Below, piece by piece: positions 43,390-55,896 of a stretch of 64,000 nt of DNA. A model generated the notes under the pieces. That model was not told the DNA's origin and did not search any database. It worked only from the letters and a program-made list of their open reading frames with translations. Source of the DNA: Octopus sinensis (lineage: Eukaryota); assembly GCF_006345805.1 (NCBI RefSeq), contig NC_043012.1:24614001-24678000 (forward strand), given 5' to 3'. The position numbers were made by a program, and so were the translations under genes. Every line of letters begins with the position of its first letter. The first letter of the stretch is position 1.

Positions 43390-44024
43390 CCATTCATCCT
43401 CTCCTCTCTCTCTCTCTCTCTCTCACAGATCAGTGACAAAACTTTAACACTTGCTTTAATTACTTCACTGGAAGCTGTTTGATGAAAGCAAATTAATTAT
43501 TGAATTATTTGGCAAACGTTCTTTTTCTCTTTTAATTGAGTTACCACCACCACCACCTGTACTAATAACCACTATGAATGATCATTGTAATCCAATCCAT
43601 TCTTCATCTTTATCACTTGTTGCCATTGTTGGTGTTGGTGTTGTTGTTGTCCATCATCTTCTTCATCTTCTCCACCTCCTCCTACCTCTCCTCTTCTTTG
43701 TCTTCATTATTATTTTTATTATTCATTAAACAAATTGTTATTAAATACCATGAGTGTAGACTGACTTTAATACCCTGAAGAAGAAAAAAAATACCATAGC
43801 AACATTAAAATTATTTTAAAGGACTCGGTTTTATATTTTCATATAATTTAAAAAAACAAGAAAATCATTATTTTATCAATTCCGTTTGTAGGATGTGGGG
43901 TAACAACTGCTATTATTTCGTCTGGGTACCATAGAAAACTGTTACGTATTGGAGGGGTTTACTTTTAGCAACTTTACAGTTGGGTTTAAGGACAGCTTTT
44001 CAGAAGGGTTTACTTGCCCCTGAA

Positions 44025-44430
44025 GTGTGTGGCAGGGTACTTAGGAAGTTTGCTTCCCAACGAGTACTTGCAGGTTCAGTCCCACCTGCTGGTGCCTTGG
44101 GAAAGTGTCTCTGCTATATTGCTCCAAGCCAACCAAAACCTTGTGAGTGGATTTGGTAGAGGGAAACTGAAAGAAGCCTGGTAATTATTCTGTTGGTCAC
44201 TTTCGCTGAACAGCTAGGTTATGGGGATGTAAACAACCAGTAGGGGCTGTGAAATGGTGACAGGGGACAATGACAGGAACACACACACACACACACATGA
44301 GCTTCTTTCAGTTTCTGTCAACCAAATCTGGTTACTAAGCTTTGGTCAGCCTAAGGCTATTGTAAGAAGACACTTGGCCAAGGTGCCTCGAAGTGGGACT
44401 GAACCTGGAACCATGTGAGTAGGAAGAAAA
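44025..44430. mobile_element. Two opposed, decayed SINE family A pieces
   Basis: Plus-strand head at about 44025-44180, then minus-strand body and head at about 44185-44430. Confidence 0.65.
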
Positions 44431-45021
44431 CTTATGTATAAATAATCGTTCCTTTTTTAAGCATCATTCTCACTATTTGCCTGTCTGTCTCTCTTGCCCT
44501 CTCTATATTAGAAACATCCCAAAAACCAGTGACTCCACTGCCAACACCACCATCTTCCCTATAACTATGACAACACCACTAACAACACCACCACCACCAC
44601 CACACATACTACAGCCAATACTGCTGCCATCTAATGACTCCTGTCTCCCTCCCCCCTTCCCGCATCACTGCTGCTAACCAAAACCTACTAGCATGAAAAC
44701 TACTATTGCTGGTGCACCATCACCACCACCACCACCACCACCGCCGCCGCCGCCGCCAGTATGCCACTTATAAACTTACCACTGCAACCTGCAGTAACTG
44801 CAGCAGAACCATCCATTACCACCTTCAGCCTCCTCCTCCTCATCATCATCACCACCACCAGCAGCCCACCTCCTACGCTAACAACAAATGCAACAGCAGT
44901 CATGTTAACAGCATTCATTCTTCATTCATAAAAGAGAGAGAGGGGAAAGATTGAATGGGTGCGAAGAATAGAGCGGGGAGGGGAGTAAGAACGACGGGTG
45001 GGGGCGGGGTGGAGAGGATAG

Positions 45022-45121
45022 NNNNNNNNNNNNNNNNNNNNNNNNNNNNNNNNNNNNNNNNNNNNNNNNNNNNNNNNNNNNNNNNNNNNNNNNNNNNNNN
45101 NNNNNNNNNNNNNNNNNNNNN
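45022..45121. other. Assembly gap (100 N)
   Basis: Run of N. Confidence 1.
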
Positions 45122-45362
45122 TATCTAATAACATTTGAATCAGTCATGACATCATCGCTGTTGTTCACATTTCCACATCCTGAAGTAAGGCTACGGGTCA
45201 CTGAGGTCACTGCTGGCAACGACAACAACAACAACGACGACGGCGACCACAGCGACAATAACAGTATCAACAACAATACTATTTCTACAATAACAAAAAA
45301 AAAATATCGGCAATAACGAATTAACCGGCAACAGACAAGAAACGATATCCAGAACGATAATA

Positions 45363-45956
45363 ACCCTTTCTACTATAGGCACAAGGCCTGGGATCTTGGG
45401 GAAAGGGGTCTAGTCGATTACGTCGACCTCAGTACTCGACTGGTACTTATTTCATTGACCCCGAAAGGATGAAAGACAAAGTCAGCCTCGGTTGAATTTG
45501 AACTCAAAATGTAAAGAGCTAGACGAAATGCTGCTTAGCATTTTGTTCGTCGCGCTTACGATTCTGCGAGCTCACCATTTTTTTTTTTGAGAAAATCTAA
45601 AGGTTTTTGCTTACAGCACTTTGGTTTTGCAACCGGTCACCTTTCCAAATACAAACTAGACTCAACGTTGCTTAACGTCGGTGATCAGTCGAGAACGAAT
45701 GTTTTCAGCGTGATATGGTCGGAAATAATCATCCTTTCTACAATAGGGTACAAAGCCCGAAATTTATGGGGAAGGGAGATAGTCGATTACATCGACCCCA
45801 GTGCGTAACAGGTACTTATTTCATCGACCCCGAAAAGATGAAAGGCAAAGTTGACCTCGGCGGAATTTGAACCGAGATCGTAAGGACGGAAGAAATGCCG
45901 CTAAGCAGTTTGCCCGACGTGCTAACGATTCTACCAGCTCGCCGTCTTCAATAATG

Positions 45957-46028
<72 letters not shown>

Positions 46029-46330
46029 TTGACCATAAGTCTGCTCTATCAGAACTAACCTGGCGAATATAAATAACTGGTCAGCATGTCATGAATCCAG
46101 AACGAGAAGGTTTGGATTAAATGGTCATTGGATTTAAATGACATTGGATAAGGCAGCGAACTGGCAGAATCGTTAGCACGTCGGGCGAAATGCTTAGCGG
46201 CATTTCGTCTGCCATTACATTCTGAGTTCAAATTCTGCCGAGGTCGACTTTGCCTTTCATCCTTTCGGGGTCGATAAATTAAGTACCAGTTTAACAATAG
46301 GGCCAATGTAATCAACCTACCCCTCCCTCG
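45363..46330. mobile_element. Cluster of three SINE family B copies with the alternative tail
   Basis: About 45363-45575 (-), 45730-45945 (-) and 46150-46330 (+). Confidence 0.8.
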
Positions 46331-46773
46331 AAATGCTTTATCGATCCCGGATGGATGAAAGATAAAAACGACCTCCATGGGATTTGGACGCAGAACGTAA
46401 AGGATCGTAATTAACACCGGAAAGCATTTTAATTTGACACCTTAACGCATTCTCAGCCCTTTCATTTAAATGTCTTTTTCCACAGACCCTTTTTAATTTG
46501 CTTACCCTTATATATATATATAATTTAACAATTAAGGATAACTTCTTAATAAGGAAACTTAACAAGAAATTATCAGGTAGATAGCGTGAAAAACCTCATA
46601 AGAGAAAAATTTCGAAAATAATTCTTTCTTATTGAACATATTAATTTATATATAGAGGGCATTATTATACATACATGCCTCACGCTAAGAGGGACATCAG
46701 TCATTTCTACCAAAAATTTTACTAATCATACCCAATGCAATTTTTCAAAGCAAGACATTTAAAAAATGAATTT

Positions 46774-46835
46774 AGTCTTGTATCACCTGTGATTTCGCAC
46801 TTACCGCAGTTGCGACCATGCTCATCAGCAAGACT
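46774..46835 (-). ncRNA. Type I hammerhead ribozyme (inverted copy)
   Basis: Exact reverse complement of 47128-47189. Confidence 0.85.
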
Positions 46836-47127
46836 GATTCTGAACATATCATAAATAAACGACCTGTACCGTCAAAGTCGAACAGCCATCTGCTCTATTC
46901 CAACGAAGCACATGGAGAAGTTTACATATCATACATCCGGTAAATGGCGGGCTTCTTCGAATTGCATTTCGGATAGGAAAAGTTTTTTCGGAATAAATTT
47001 AATTTAACAATTAAGGATAACTTCTTAATAAGGAAACTTAACAAGAAATTATCAGGTAGATAGCGTGAAAAACCTCATAAGAGAAAAATTTCGAAAATAA
47101 TTCTTTATTTATGATATGTTCAGAATC

Positions 47128-47189
47128 AGTCTTGCTGATGAGCATGGTCGCAACTGCGGTAAGTGCGAAATCACAGGTGATACAAGACT
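47128..47189 (+). ncRNA. Type I hammerhead ribozyme
   Basis: Stem I AGTCTTG/CAAGACT; core CTGATGA (47135-47141); stem II GCAT...GTGC; GAAA; stem III ATCAC-ag-GTGAT; cleavage triplet ATA (cut after 47182). Confidence 0.85.
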
Positions 47190-47308
47190 AAATTCATTTT
47201 TTAAATGTCTTGCTTTGAAAAATTGCATTGGGTATGATTAGTAAAATTTTGGGTAGAAATGACTGATGTCCCTCTTAGCGTGAGGCATGTATGTATAATA
47301 ATGCCCTC

Positions 47309-47341
<33 letters not shown>

Positions 47342-47364
47342 CTATATATATTATATATAATATA

Positions 47365-49392
47365 AATCCTTAAAAATGTTTTAGCCCGAAGGCCGCGGCC
47401 ATGCTGGGGCACCACCGCTGAATGAGCTACACTAGTTTGTGAATCCACCTCTGATACGTGGCACTTGATCAACAAGGGAGTTCGATGCTGCTGCCCGCAT
47501 CCGTGTCTTGTCGTGAGGTAGGTTCATCTGGGACTCCCAACAAGAAGAGATCCAGTTTAGTTTTAAAGAAACCCACATCCACACCATGTAAGTCTCTCAG
47601 GCATTTAGGGAGGATGTTAAAGAGCTGTGGTCCTCTGAAACCCAAGCTGTTGCAGTATCTGGACCTGTATTTTGATGGTGATGTTGGAATCCTTGGCACC
47701 ACGCAGCGGCGCCCCGTTCTGCGGTTGGAGTAACTTTGAATGCCAAAGTTTGGGACAAGACCCTCCAGGATTTTCCAGATGTATATCACTGCATATCTCT
47801 CCCGCCTCCGCTCCAGGGAGAAGAGGTTTAATACCTTCAGTCTTTCCCAGTAGCTGACATTTTGCATTGAGACGATTTTCTTTGTGTAGCTTCTCTGAGT
47901 TGCTTCGAGTTCTGCTGTTTGTTTTATATTGTGGTGACCAAAGTTGGGAGCAGTAGTCCAAGCGGCTGAGGACAAATGTTTTCCATAGGACCATCAGTGT
48001 CTCCTTCTCTTGTTCTGAAAGTTCGGAGAATCCATCCAGCTAGCCGTCTGCATTTTATCACCAGATTAGCAATATGCATTTGGAAAGATGCATCATTGCT
48101 CATGTCAATGCCCAGGTCACGCACTGATTTTGACTCAGGGATTGCAATTCTTCCTGGGCCAGTGTATCCAGTCTTCACGTCATTTACCTTTGTGTGCCAG
48201 TAGCGCAGGGCCTGGAACTTACCTGCATTAAACTGCATGTTGTTGTCCTCAGCCCACCTGTATATTGTGTCCAGCTCATGTTGCAGATGCGCAATATTTT
48301 CAGGGTTTTGTATTGCGTGGGAGACTTTTGTGTCATCTGCATAGCTAGCAAGGGTGGTCATTGTAGCAATTGAAGGCATGTCTGAAAGGGCCACTATGAA
48401 CATCAGTGGCCCCAAGACAGTGCCCTGTGGGACACCGCTTGTTATTTGCGTTTCCCTGGAGGTGGCTCCATTGCTCACAACTGCCTGTTTTCTGTCTTTT
48501 AGGAAGTTGTGCAGCCACTCTCCAAGTTTCCCGCCTATGCCGAGACCACGCAGTTTGTGACAGATCATACCATGGTCGACTTTATCAAAGGCTTTTGCAA
48601 AGTCAAGATATATTACATCCACATTTGAGCCATTTAGTAGCTGTTTCAACACCCAGTCATAGTGTTGCAGGAGCTGTGTTAGGCAGCCTCTACCTGGTCG
48701 AAATCCATGCTGGGTGTCAGACAGTAAGTCATTTTCTTCAAGGAACATGATTAGTTTCTTACGGACTATTCGTTCCATGACTTTGTGTGAGGTCAGAGAG
48801 ATAGGCCTATAATTTTTAGCATCTGCTCTGCTACCTCCCTTATGGATAGGGCATATTACCCCCTCTTTCAGTTTGACTGGGAGCTTACCACTTGCAAGAA
48901 AGCTCTGAAAAAGAAGCTGTAGCGGTTTTGCAAGGGCTCGTTTGCACGATTTGAGAAGGATCGCTGGGAATCCATCAGGTCCAGCAGCTGAGTTTGTGTC
49001 AATCTCATCAATGGCTAGTGTGATATCATCTTCTTCGATGTTGATGTACTCAATTTTTGTCTCTTTGGCCGCTGGTAAAGTGGCAAAGAATTCTTCTGGG
49101 TTGTTTACTTGCCTGTGTCCTAGAGGTGTAGTGAACACACTTTGGAACTGTTCATTCAGTATTTCACTTATCCTCGTGGGATTTCCTGTGAGAGAGCCAT
49201 CTTTTTGGAAGAGAGGTCCTATTCTCTGGTGCACTGTGGCTGTCTCTTTGGCAAACTTAAAGAAAGCTTTAGGGTTTGATTTTATATTTTCTATTACCCA
49301 AGCTTCTTTATCTGCTCTCTCCTTTTCATGGGACTGATGTAGACTTTTCTCAGTTTCCATTAGCATTCTTTCGAGCCGAGACTTCTCACCAC
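47365..49392 (-). mobile_element. 5'-truncated non-LTR retrotransposon (CR1-group LINE): reverse transcriptase, C-terminus and 3' tail
   Basis: ORF 47924-49366 has RT motifs AGPDG, NYRPISLTS, QHGFRPGR, YLDFAKAFDKVDH, GVPQGTVLGP, YADDTK. It continues through two frameshifts into SRLDYCSQLWSP and YWERLKVLNLFSLERRRERY. No endonuclease domain. Flanked by TA-rich tracts. Confidence 0.95.
47469..49366 (-). pseudogene. Disrupted LINE ORF2 (reverse transcriptase)
   Basis: Homology is spread over three overlapping frames (47924-49366, 47617-47994, 47469-47975), with shifts at about 47930-48000. Confidence 0.9.
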
Positions 49393-50111
49393 TTTATATA
49401 ATATTTGAATTATCTTATTAAGGATAATTCGAAAGATAACCGATACCTGGGTAGCAAATTCACATCAGAAAGAACACGGTTGAAGCTACGTCCCTAGGGC
49501 ATGTCGAGAATAAAGGGTATTTGTTAACTAGTCGTTCAACTCCATTCTTTCATATACTTATATATATATGTGTGTGTGTGTGTGTGTATTGGAAACGACT
49601 GTTGGGAACCACTGTCAGTTGTCCCTTGTTTTATCTAGCACGTTTTTCCAGCTTTCACCACTTCACCTCGTCATGGTTTAACAACCCTCACCGTTTGTTT
49701 TTACTGTTTTGTTCTTACAATCCTGTTTTTGCTACCACTTTAACCCTCCACAAAAAATCCCAAATTTTATTTAATTTGCTTTGTGCGAAAGACTGTTTTA
49801 ACGAATCGCAACGCGGAGTAGATAAAACAGGGGACAACTGATGAAGGGAATGTTCTTTACGTTCCCTGTTTCGTTTCTCTATTTGTTTCTATTTGTTCGA
49901 AAACAAGTTCGTTTTCTATGTTATTGATTTTTATGTTCTCGTTTCTCATTTTCTTTACGTTTTTTTTTATGTCCTGTACCCATATATGCCCGTATATATA
50001 CATATATATGTAGGTATGTACATATATGTATGTATATATGCATATATTTATATATTATTTATATTATTATATGATCGAACGTCACGCATCCATTTCCAAG
50101 TAAGTTTTATC

Positions 50112-50149
<38 letters not shown>

Positions 50150-50399
50150 GAAATTTTGAATTTAATCCACAGACCCCCAATACTACCTTTGCGGACTGCT
50201 ACTCCCAGAGTGTGTGTGTGTGGCGGGGGGGGGTTAATTAATCTCATCGACCTTCAAAGGAAGAAAAGGCGAAGTTGACGCTGACGAAAAGAGCCAGAAG
50301 CAATGGCCGCTAAAACATGATGTCCGACAAGCTAACAAGACCCACCACCACCACCACCACGCTTAAGGAACCAAGCCTGATATCATGGGTGAGGGGTGA

Positions 50400-50815
50400 G
50401 ATGTAGTTGATCCTAGTGTTCAGCTGGTACTTATTTTATCGACACCCCAAAAGAAAGAAAGGCAGAGTTGACCTAAGTGGGATTCGAACTCAGAATGTAA
50501 AGAACCTGGGGAAATGCCGCTAAGCATTTTGTCCGACGCACCAATGAATCAATCAGCTCGCCGCCTTCATTAATGCTTTTTTTTTTAATAATAATGATTT
50601 CAAATTTTAGCACAAGGCCAGCAATTTCGTGCGGAGTCGTTAAGTCGATTACATCGACCCCAGTACTCAACTGGTACGTTTTTATCGACCTCGAAAGGGA
50701 TGAAAGACAAAGTCGACCTCGGCAGAATTTGAACTCAGAACGTAAAGACGGACGAAATGCCGTTAAGCATTTCATCCGGTGTGCTAACTATTCTTTCTGC
50801 CCACTCGCCGCCTTA
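50400..50815 (-). mobile_element. Two SINE family B copies
   Basis: About 50400-50567 and 50597-50813, both minus. Confidence 0.75.
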
Positions 50816-51184
50816 GTGTTTTTTTTTATAATAACAACCATGCACTTGACCTGCTAGAAATAGCAGCCAATTCTCCCGACAGTCACACACAATTACCTTA
50901 AAGAAGGAAGGACATGGAATAATGGAGTTCTACAGATCCCCTTAAAAGGACAGGAGAGGTACGGTTGGAATGTTTTTGATCATAGGTTTTCTCGATTAGG
51001 GTTGAGGTTACAAAAACAACAACATGAAGAATGATTTGAACGATCACTTCATTTCTTATTCAAAATCACAAGGAGCCTCTACCTGGTTGCTCGACATGCT
51101 AAACATAGTAGAAAAAAACCTTCTTCAAATCACATCGTGCAACCGTAGATAAAATAATCAGGCAGTATTTTATCTATTATTGAC

Positions 51185-51657
51185 AACCCTTTCATTACTA
51201 ACCCGGCTGAAACCGGTTCTGGCTCTGAATATATATTTCTTTATTGTCCACAAGGGGCTAAACATAGAGACGACAAACAAGGACAGACAAAGGGATTAAG
51301 TCGATTACATCGACCCCAGTGCGAAACTGGTACTTTTATTTATCGACCCCGAAAGGATGAAAGGCAAAGTCGACCTCGGCGGAATTTGAACTCAGAACGT
51401 AACGACAGACGAAATACCGCTAAGCATTCCGCCCGGCGCGCTAACGTGTCTGCCAGCTCGCCGCCCTGGCTCTGAATATAAATGTCTTGTTTTCATAAGT
51501 TTTGAATTAAAATCTCCCACCAAACTTTATTCACAATTTATTTTCCTAACACTAGCTGTATGATAATTAAGTTATTTTACTAAATTCGTTGTTATATTTA
51601 AAGTAATTGAAAGAAACACTGAGCATCTCAACAGAAATACAGAAACGAAAGGGCTAA
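51185..51657. mobile_element. Decayed piggyBac-like MITE hosting a SINE
   Basis: AACCCTTTCATTAC ... GAAACGAAAGGGCTAA imperfect termini of the TTAA-CCC type. Confidence 0.5.
51234..51465 (-). mobile_element. Full-length SINE family B with 15-bp TSD, nested in a MITE
   Basis: TSD CTGGCTCTGAATATA at 51219-51233 and 51466-51480. Confidence 0.92.
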
Positions 51658-51800
51658 AAAATTAAATGCTTTGGACAATTAAAGTATTTCAGAGAGAATG
51701 AACCAACCACCCCGAATTCGTTGCCCTTTTCCAATTCCATGAGACAGTGATGGTTATTCCGAGAAGTCCACCCGATCAACCATTACATCCGTCTCACATG

Positions 51801-52184
51801 TACTCTTTTACTCTTTTACTTGTTTCAGTCATTTGACTGCGGCCATGCTGGAGCACCGCCTTTAGTCGAGCACATCGACCCCGGGACTTATTCTTTGTAA
51901 GCCCAGTACTTATTCTATCGGTCTCTTTTGCCGAACCGCTAAGTGACGGGGACATAAACATCGGTTGTCAAGCAATACTAGGGGGACAAACACAGACACG
52001 AACATACACGCACACACACACACATATATATATATATATACATATATACGACGGGCTTCTTTCAGTTTCCGTCTACCAAATCCACTCACAAGGCATTGGT
52101 CGACCCGAGGCTATAGTAGAAGACACTTGCCCAAGGTGCCACGCAGTGGGACTGGACCCGGAACCATGTGGTTGGTTAGCAAGC
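51801..52184 (-). mobile_element. SINE family A, young
   Basis: Close to the family consensus with CpGs intact. Confidence 0.9.
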
Positions 52185-53019
52185 TAATAAATTGGCTGCC
52201 GATGATAGGAAAGCACCGACGGCATGTTCGATAATGTGGTTCAACACATGGGGAAAAAGACTTGGGGGGGGGGTCTCGGTTTGAACTCAGGCCTTTTCGA
52301 CCAGGGCTGACTTTGGTGGTGGTGGTGGTGGTGGTGGATAAACAGCTACAACCAGAACCACAACAACATCAAGCACCACTTATTACAAAGTTATTTCAGT
52401 AATTAAACATATTAAACCTCACTCATTCTCTCTTTCTCAAACCCTTCATTTTCTTCCTTTTCCTTTTTTCTTTCTCTCTTTCGCTAAGTCATCCTCCTCC
52501 CACTCTCTCTCTCCCTTTCTTTCTCATCCTATTTCATAATCTCCTTTCTCTCTCTCTTTCTCTCTCTTTCTCTCTCTCTCTGCCTTCCATCCATATTCAA
52601 AAATATAAAAATGAAAAGCAAAATCTCTACTACATGCCAACACCCACGACGCATACACACACCCACGCCCCCCCCCCCCAACGCACACACACACACGCTC
52701 ACACACACACACACGCACACACGCGCGCACGCACACACACACATATATATAGCTATACCCACGCACTAGCATACATATATATAGCTATACCCACGCACTC
52801 GCATACATATATATTATATATATATATATATGCACGCACGCACACACACACGCACACACACATATATAGCTATACCCACGCACTCGCATACATATATATA
52901 TGCACGCACGCACACACACTTCGCGCACATTGCATATATCTACATCCTGCTCTCCGCTCCCGACAACACCCTCACTTGCCTGAACCCCCCCCCCCTCCAC
53001 GGTCGCTACTGACTTGTTG

Positions 53020-53831
53020 CTCGTAACTGCTGCTCGCTTTGAAAACCTGACCGAAGCTAACAACCATAAGAGGGAAAAAGAGCGAGGCAAGACGACAAAA
53101 GTGTTACTCTTCCCTCTTTTATTTATCTGAATCTGAGACGTCAATTTGAAGCCCGCGGGAGGCGGAGCATCATCATCATCATCATCATCATCTTATCTCA
53201 TTAAACCATACCTTCTTTGTTTTACTTTTTTTTTCTTGTTTGTTTTTACTTTCTACTACGTATATTTTTATCATAGCTTTTTTTTTCGAGAGTCTCTTTT
53301 AGAAAGATAGATTTATTCGCTGCTTGTTTTGGTGGATCGAGCTTCTTCTTCTTCTCTGCCGACTGACGTAATTTTTTTGTCCATCTTAAAAAAAACCTTG
53401 TTAGATTAACACACAGCTAAACCAACTGTTAAGCAGAGTGTTTACGATTGAACTCAACGTATAACGAAATCAACCGATCGATCGTTAAATCAAGGAATCA
53501 GTTTGTCAAATAGCTAGCTGACCCAACGAACCGAACCGAACCGAACCAATCAATACTGAATCAGTCAGTCGGTAGCAGAAAGAAAAAAAAAGTATTAAGA
53601 AAATCAGTGGATCAGATTATCGGTCTTAAACAATAAAAAAAAAAGGGCTGATTTGATCAGTGAATTTTTGGATCAACTTTTACCTATAATTTTGATCGTT
53701 CATAATAATAATAATAAAATACAGAATATAATTGAACGAGAGAAAGACGAAACGGGAGAAAAGGAATAAAATAAAAATAAAAGGAAAAATATTTCTATAT
53801 CCAAGTACACAGTGAGTAGGAGATCATTATC
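53020..53831 (+). promoter_or_regulatory. Probable promoter/5' UTR region of the PDZ gene
   Basis: Unique, SINE-free, CpG-retaining sequence directly upstream of the ATG; CArG-like CCATAAGAGG at 53064-53073 and CRE-like AGACGTCA near 53136. Transcription start not determinable. Confidence 0.4.
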
Positions 53832-53933
53832 ATGGCAGCTACCGTAATTCACTTGCAAAAAGGCCCAGGTGAATCGTGGGGATTCCGTTTACAAGGTGGA
53901 CTCGATTTTAGACAACAACTTTCAATTAAAAAA
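53832..53933 (+). CDS. First coding exon of a PDZ-domain protein, PDZ-LIM (Zasp/ALP/Enigma) family-like; later exons not found in the window
   Basis: ATC-ATG-G start; 34 codons MAATVIHLQKGPGESWGFRLQGGLDFRQQLSIKK containing the WGFRLQGGxDF carboxylate-binding loop typical of PDZ-LIM N-termini; ends at a phase-0 canonical donor AAA|GTAAGT at 53934. Confidence 0.88.
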
Positions 53934-54025
53934 GTAAGTTCAGAAACATTAATTTTATTCGTTCGTTGCTTGTTTACTTTTAGGTTTCATTATTTATTAT
54001 TTTTCTTCTTTTAATAATAATAATA

Positions 54026-54056
<31 letters not shown>

Positions 54057-54523
54057 TATTATTATTATTATTATTATTATCATTATTATTATTGTTATCA
54101 TTTCTCTTATTTGGTGTGCATGAAACCGCTGCATGTTAACTTGCCTCCGTACTACCGCCCTCCGTACACGTATACACATATGAACACACACACACACATA
54201 CACACACACGCACCACACACACACACACACACACGTATGCAAAGTCTCGAAGCTTCGCCGGTGGTTGGCCGACCACGGCGGAATTTCGAAGTGAATACCA
54301 ATAAAATTATAAAAAAGTACCTAAATCCCACACTTCAGGGATCATCCATTTAATCCTTTTGCGAATGCACATAACTAAAATTGCCTTATGAATCTATCAT
54401 TAGCTTTCCAGAGCAGAGACAGGAAGATTTGATTTCAAGGAGATTTAGCTGTTATTTCTAGCAGGTTAATAGCTTTGTTGTTGACCGACCTGACTTATGA
54501 TCAAACATGGTCCACCTATTACC

Positions 54524-54747
54524 TATTTCTTTACTACCCACAAGGGGCTAAACACAGAGAGGACAAACAAGGACAGACAAACGGATTAAGTCGATTACAT
54601 CGACCCCAATGCGTAACTGGTACTTAATTTATCGACCCCGAAGGGATGAAAGGCAAAGTCGACCTCGGCGGAATTTGAACCCAGAACGTAGAGACAGACG
54701 AAATACGGCTAAGCATTTCGCCCGGCGTGCTAACGATTTTGCCGGCT
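54524..54747 (-). mobile_element. SINE family B with 10-bp TSD
   Basis: TSD ACCTATTACC at 54514-54523 and 54748-54757. Confidence 0.9.
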
Positions 54748-55649
54748 ACCTATTACCACCGCATCTTTCATTTAGGCATAGTGTAACTTAGGTCTATCTT
54801 ATCCGTATCTCCCACCCGTTAAAATTTCTTTTTTTTTTCATATAATAAATGAGATTTGAGAGAAATTTGGTTACCATTTTCAGCAGGTCGTTATTACTGT
54901 TGTTTTAACTCCAGGACAGCAATTGTGCGAACAGACAAAATTATCGAATGTATGTGTCCTAGCAATGATCAGCCCATTTTTTTAATATTTCAATCATGTG
55001 TGGTGTGTGTGTGTGTGAGTGTGTGTGTGTGTATGTGTGTGTTTGTGCCCCCCCCCAATCGCCTTATAACCGATGATGGCGTGTCCCCTGTAATCTAGCG
55101 GTTCGGCAAAAGGAACCGATAGAATAGATTCTAGGCTTACAAGAAATAAGTCCTGGGGTCGATTTGTTCGACTAAAGGCGGTGCTCCAGCATGACCCCCC
55201 CCCAACCCGCCAAGCTCATATGGAGCCTCAAGGGTCATAAACCCCAGCCCTACCCCCACAAGGGTGATATGGACCGCGGTTGAGTACCACTGATTTATTG
55301 CAATCATTTAACGTGTTCTTGCTTTTTCTTTTTTTACTTTAAGATGACGGGGTGTGAACTGCATTAGTTTGGCAGTTATTTTTAGCAGATGAAGCGACCA
55401 CGTAGAGGCTTCCTCGTTGCCTCGAAGGAAGCAAGGCGTGAAGGAAGAGAGAACGTTATCTCAGGGTGGTTTATTTAGTAAGACGATCACCTTATCCAGA
55501 AAGTGTAGCGAGTTATTTTTGCCATATCTAGTGACTGTTTACATGGATAAAATGTTTGATGCTATAAGGGTGTAATATCTAATACATTTAAATATATAAT
55601 ATAAGGCAAGCGCGACTGACTGTATGTGTGTGTGCATGGGGGGAGGGGG

Positions 55650-55819
55650 TAAGGAGTATGTTTCTCATCCACATGGTTCCGGGTTCAGTCCTACAGCGTG
55701 GTACCTTGGGTAAATTTCTTCTACTATAGCCCAGGGCTAACCAAAGCTTTGCGAGTGGTTTTGATGGACGGAAACTAGAAGCTCTTCGTGTGTATGTATG
55801 CATGGATAGATAGATAGAT

Positions 55820-55896
<77 letters not shown>

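Larger units (their letters stand above)
46521..47319. mobile_element. Non-coding Penelope-like/retrozyme-like element with direct and inverted repeats and two hammerhead copies
   Basis: 107-bp direct repeat (46521-46627 = 47000-47106) and 216-bp inverted repeat (46644-46859 vs 47104-47319, one mismatch seen); (TA)n on both sides. Confidence 0.8.

Noticed and set aside
45122-45280. Open frame beside the gap (SGCGNVNNSDDVMTDSNVIR on minus)
   Set aside because: Too short, cut by Ns, and no recognisable homology.
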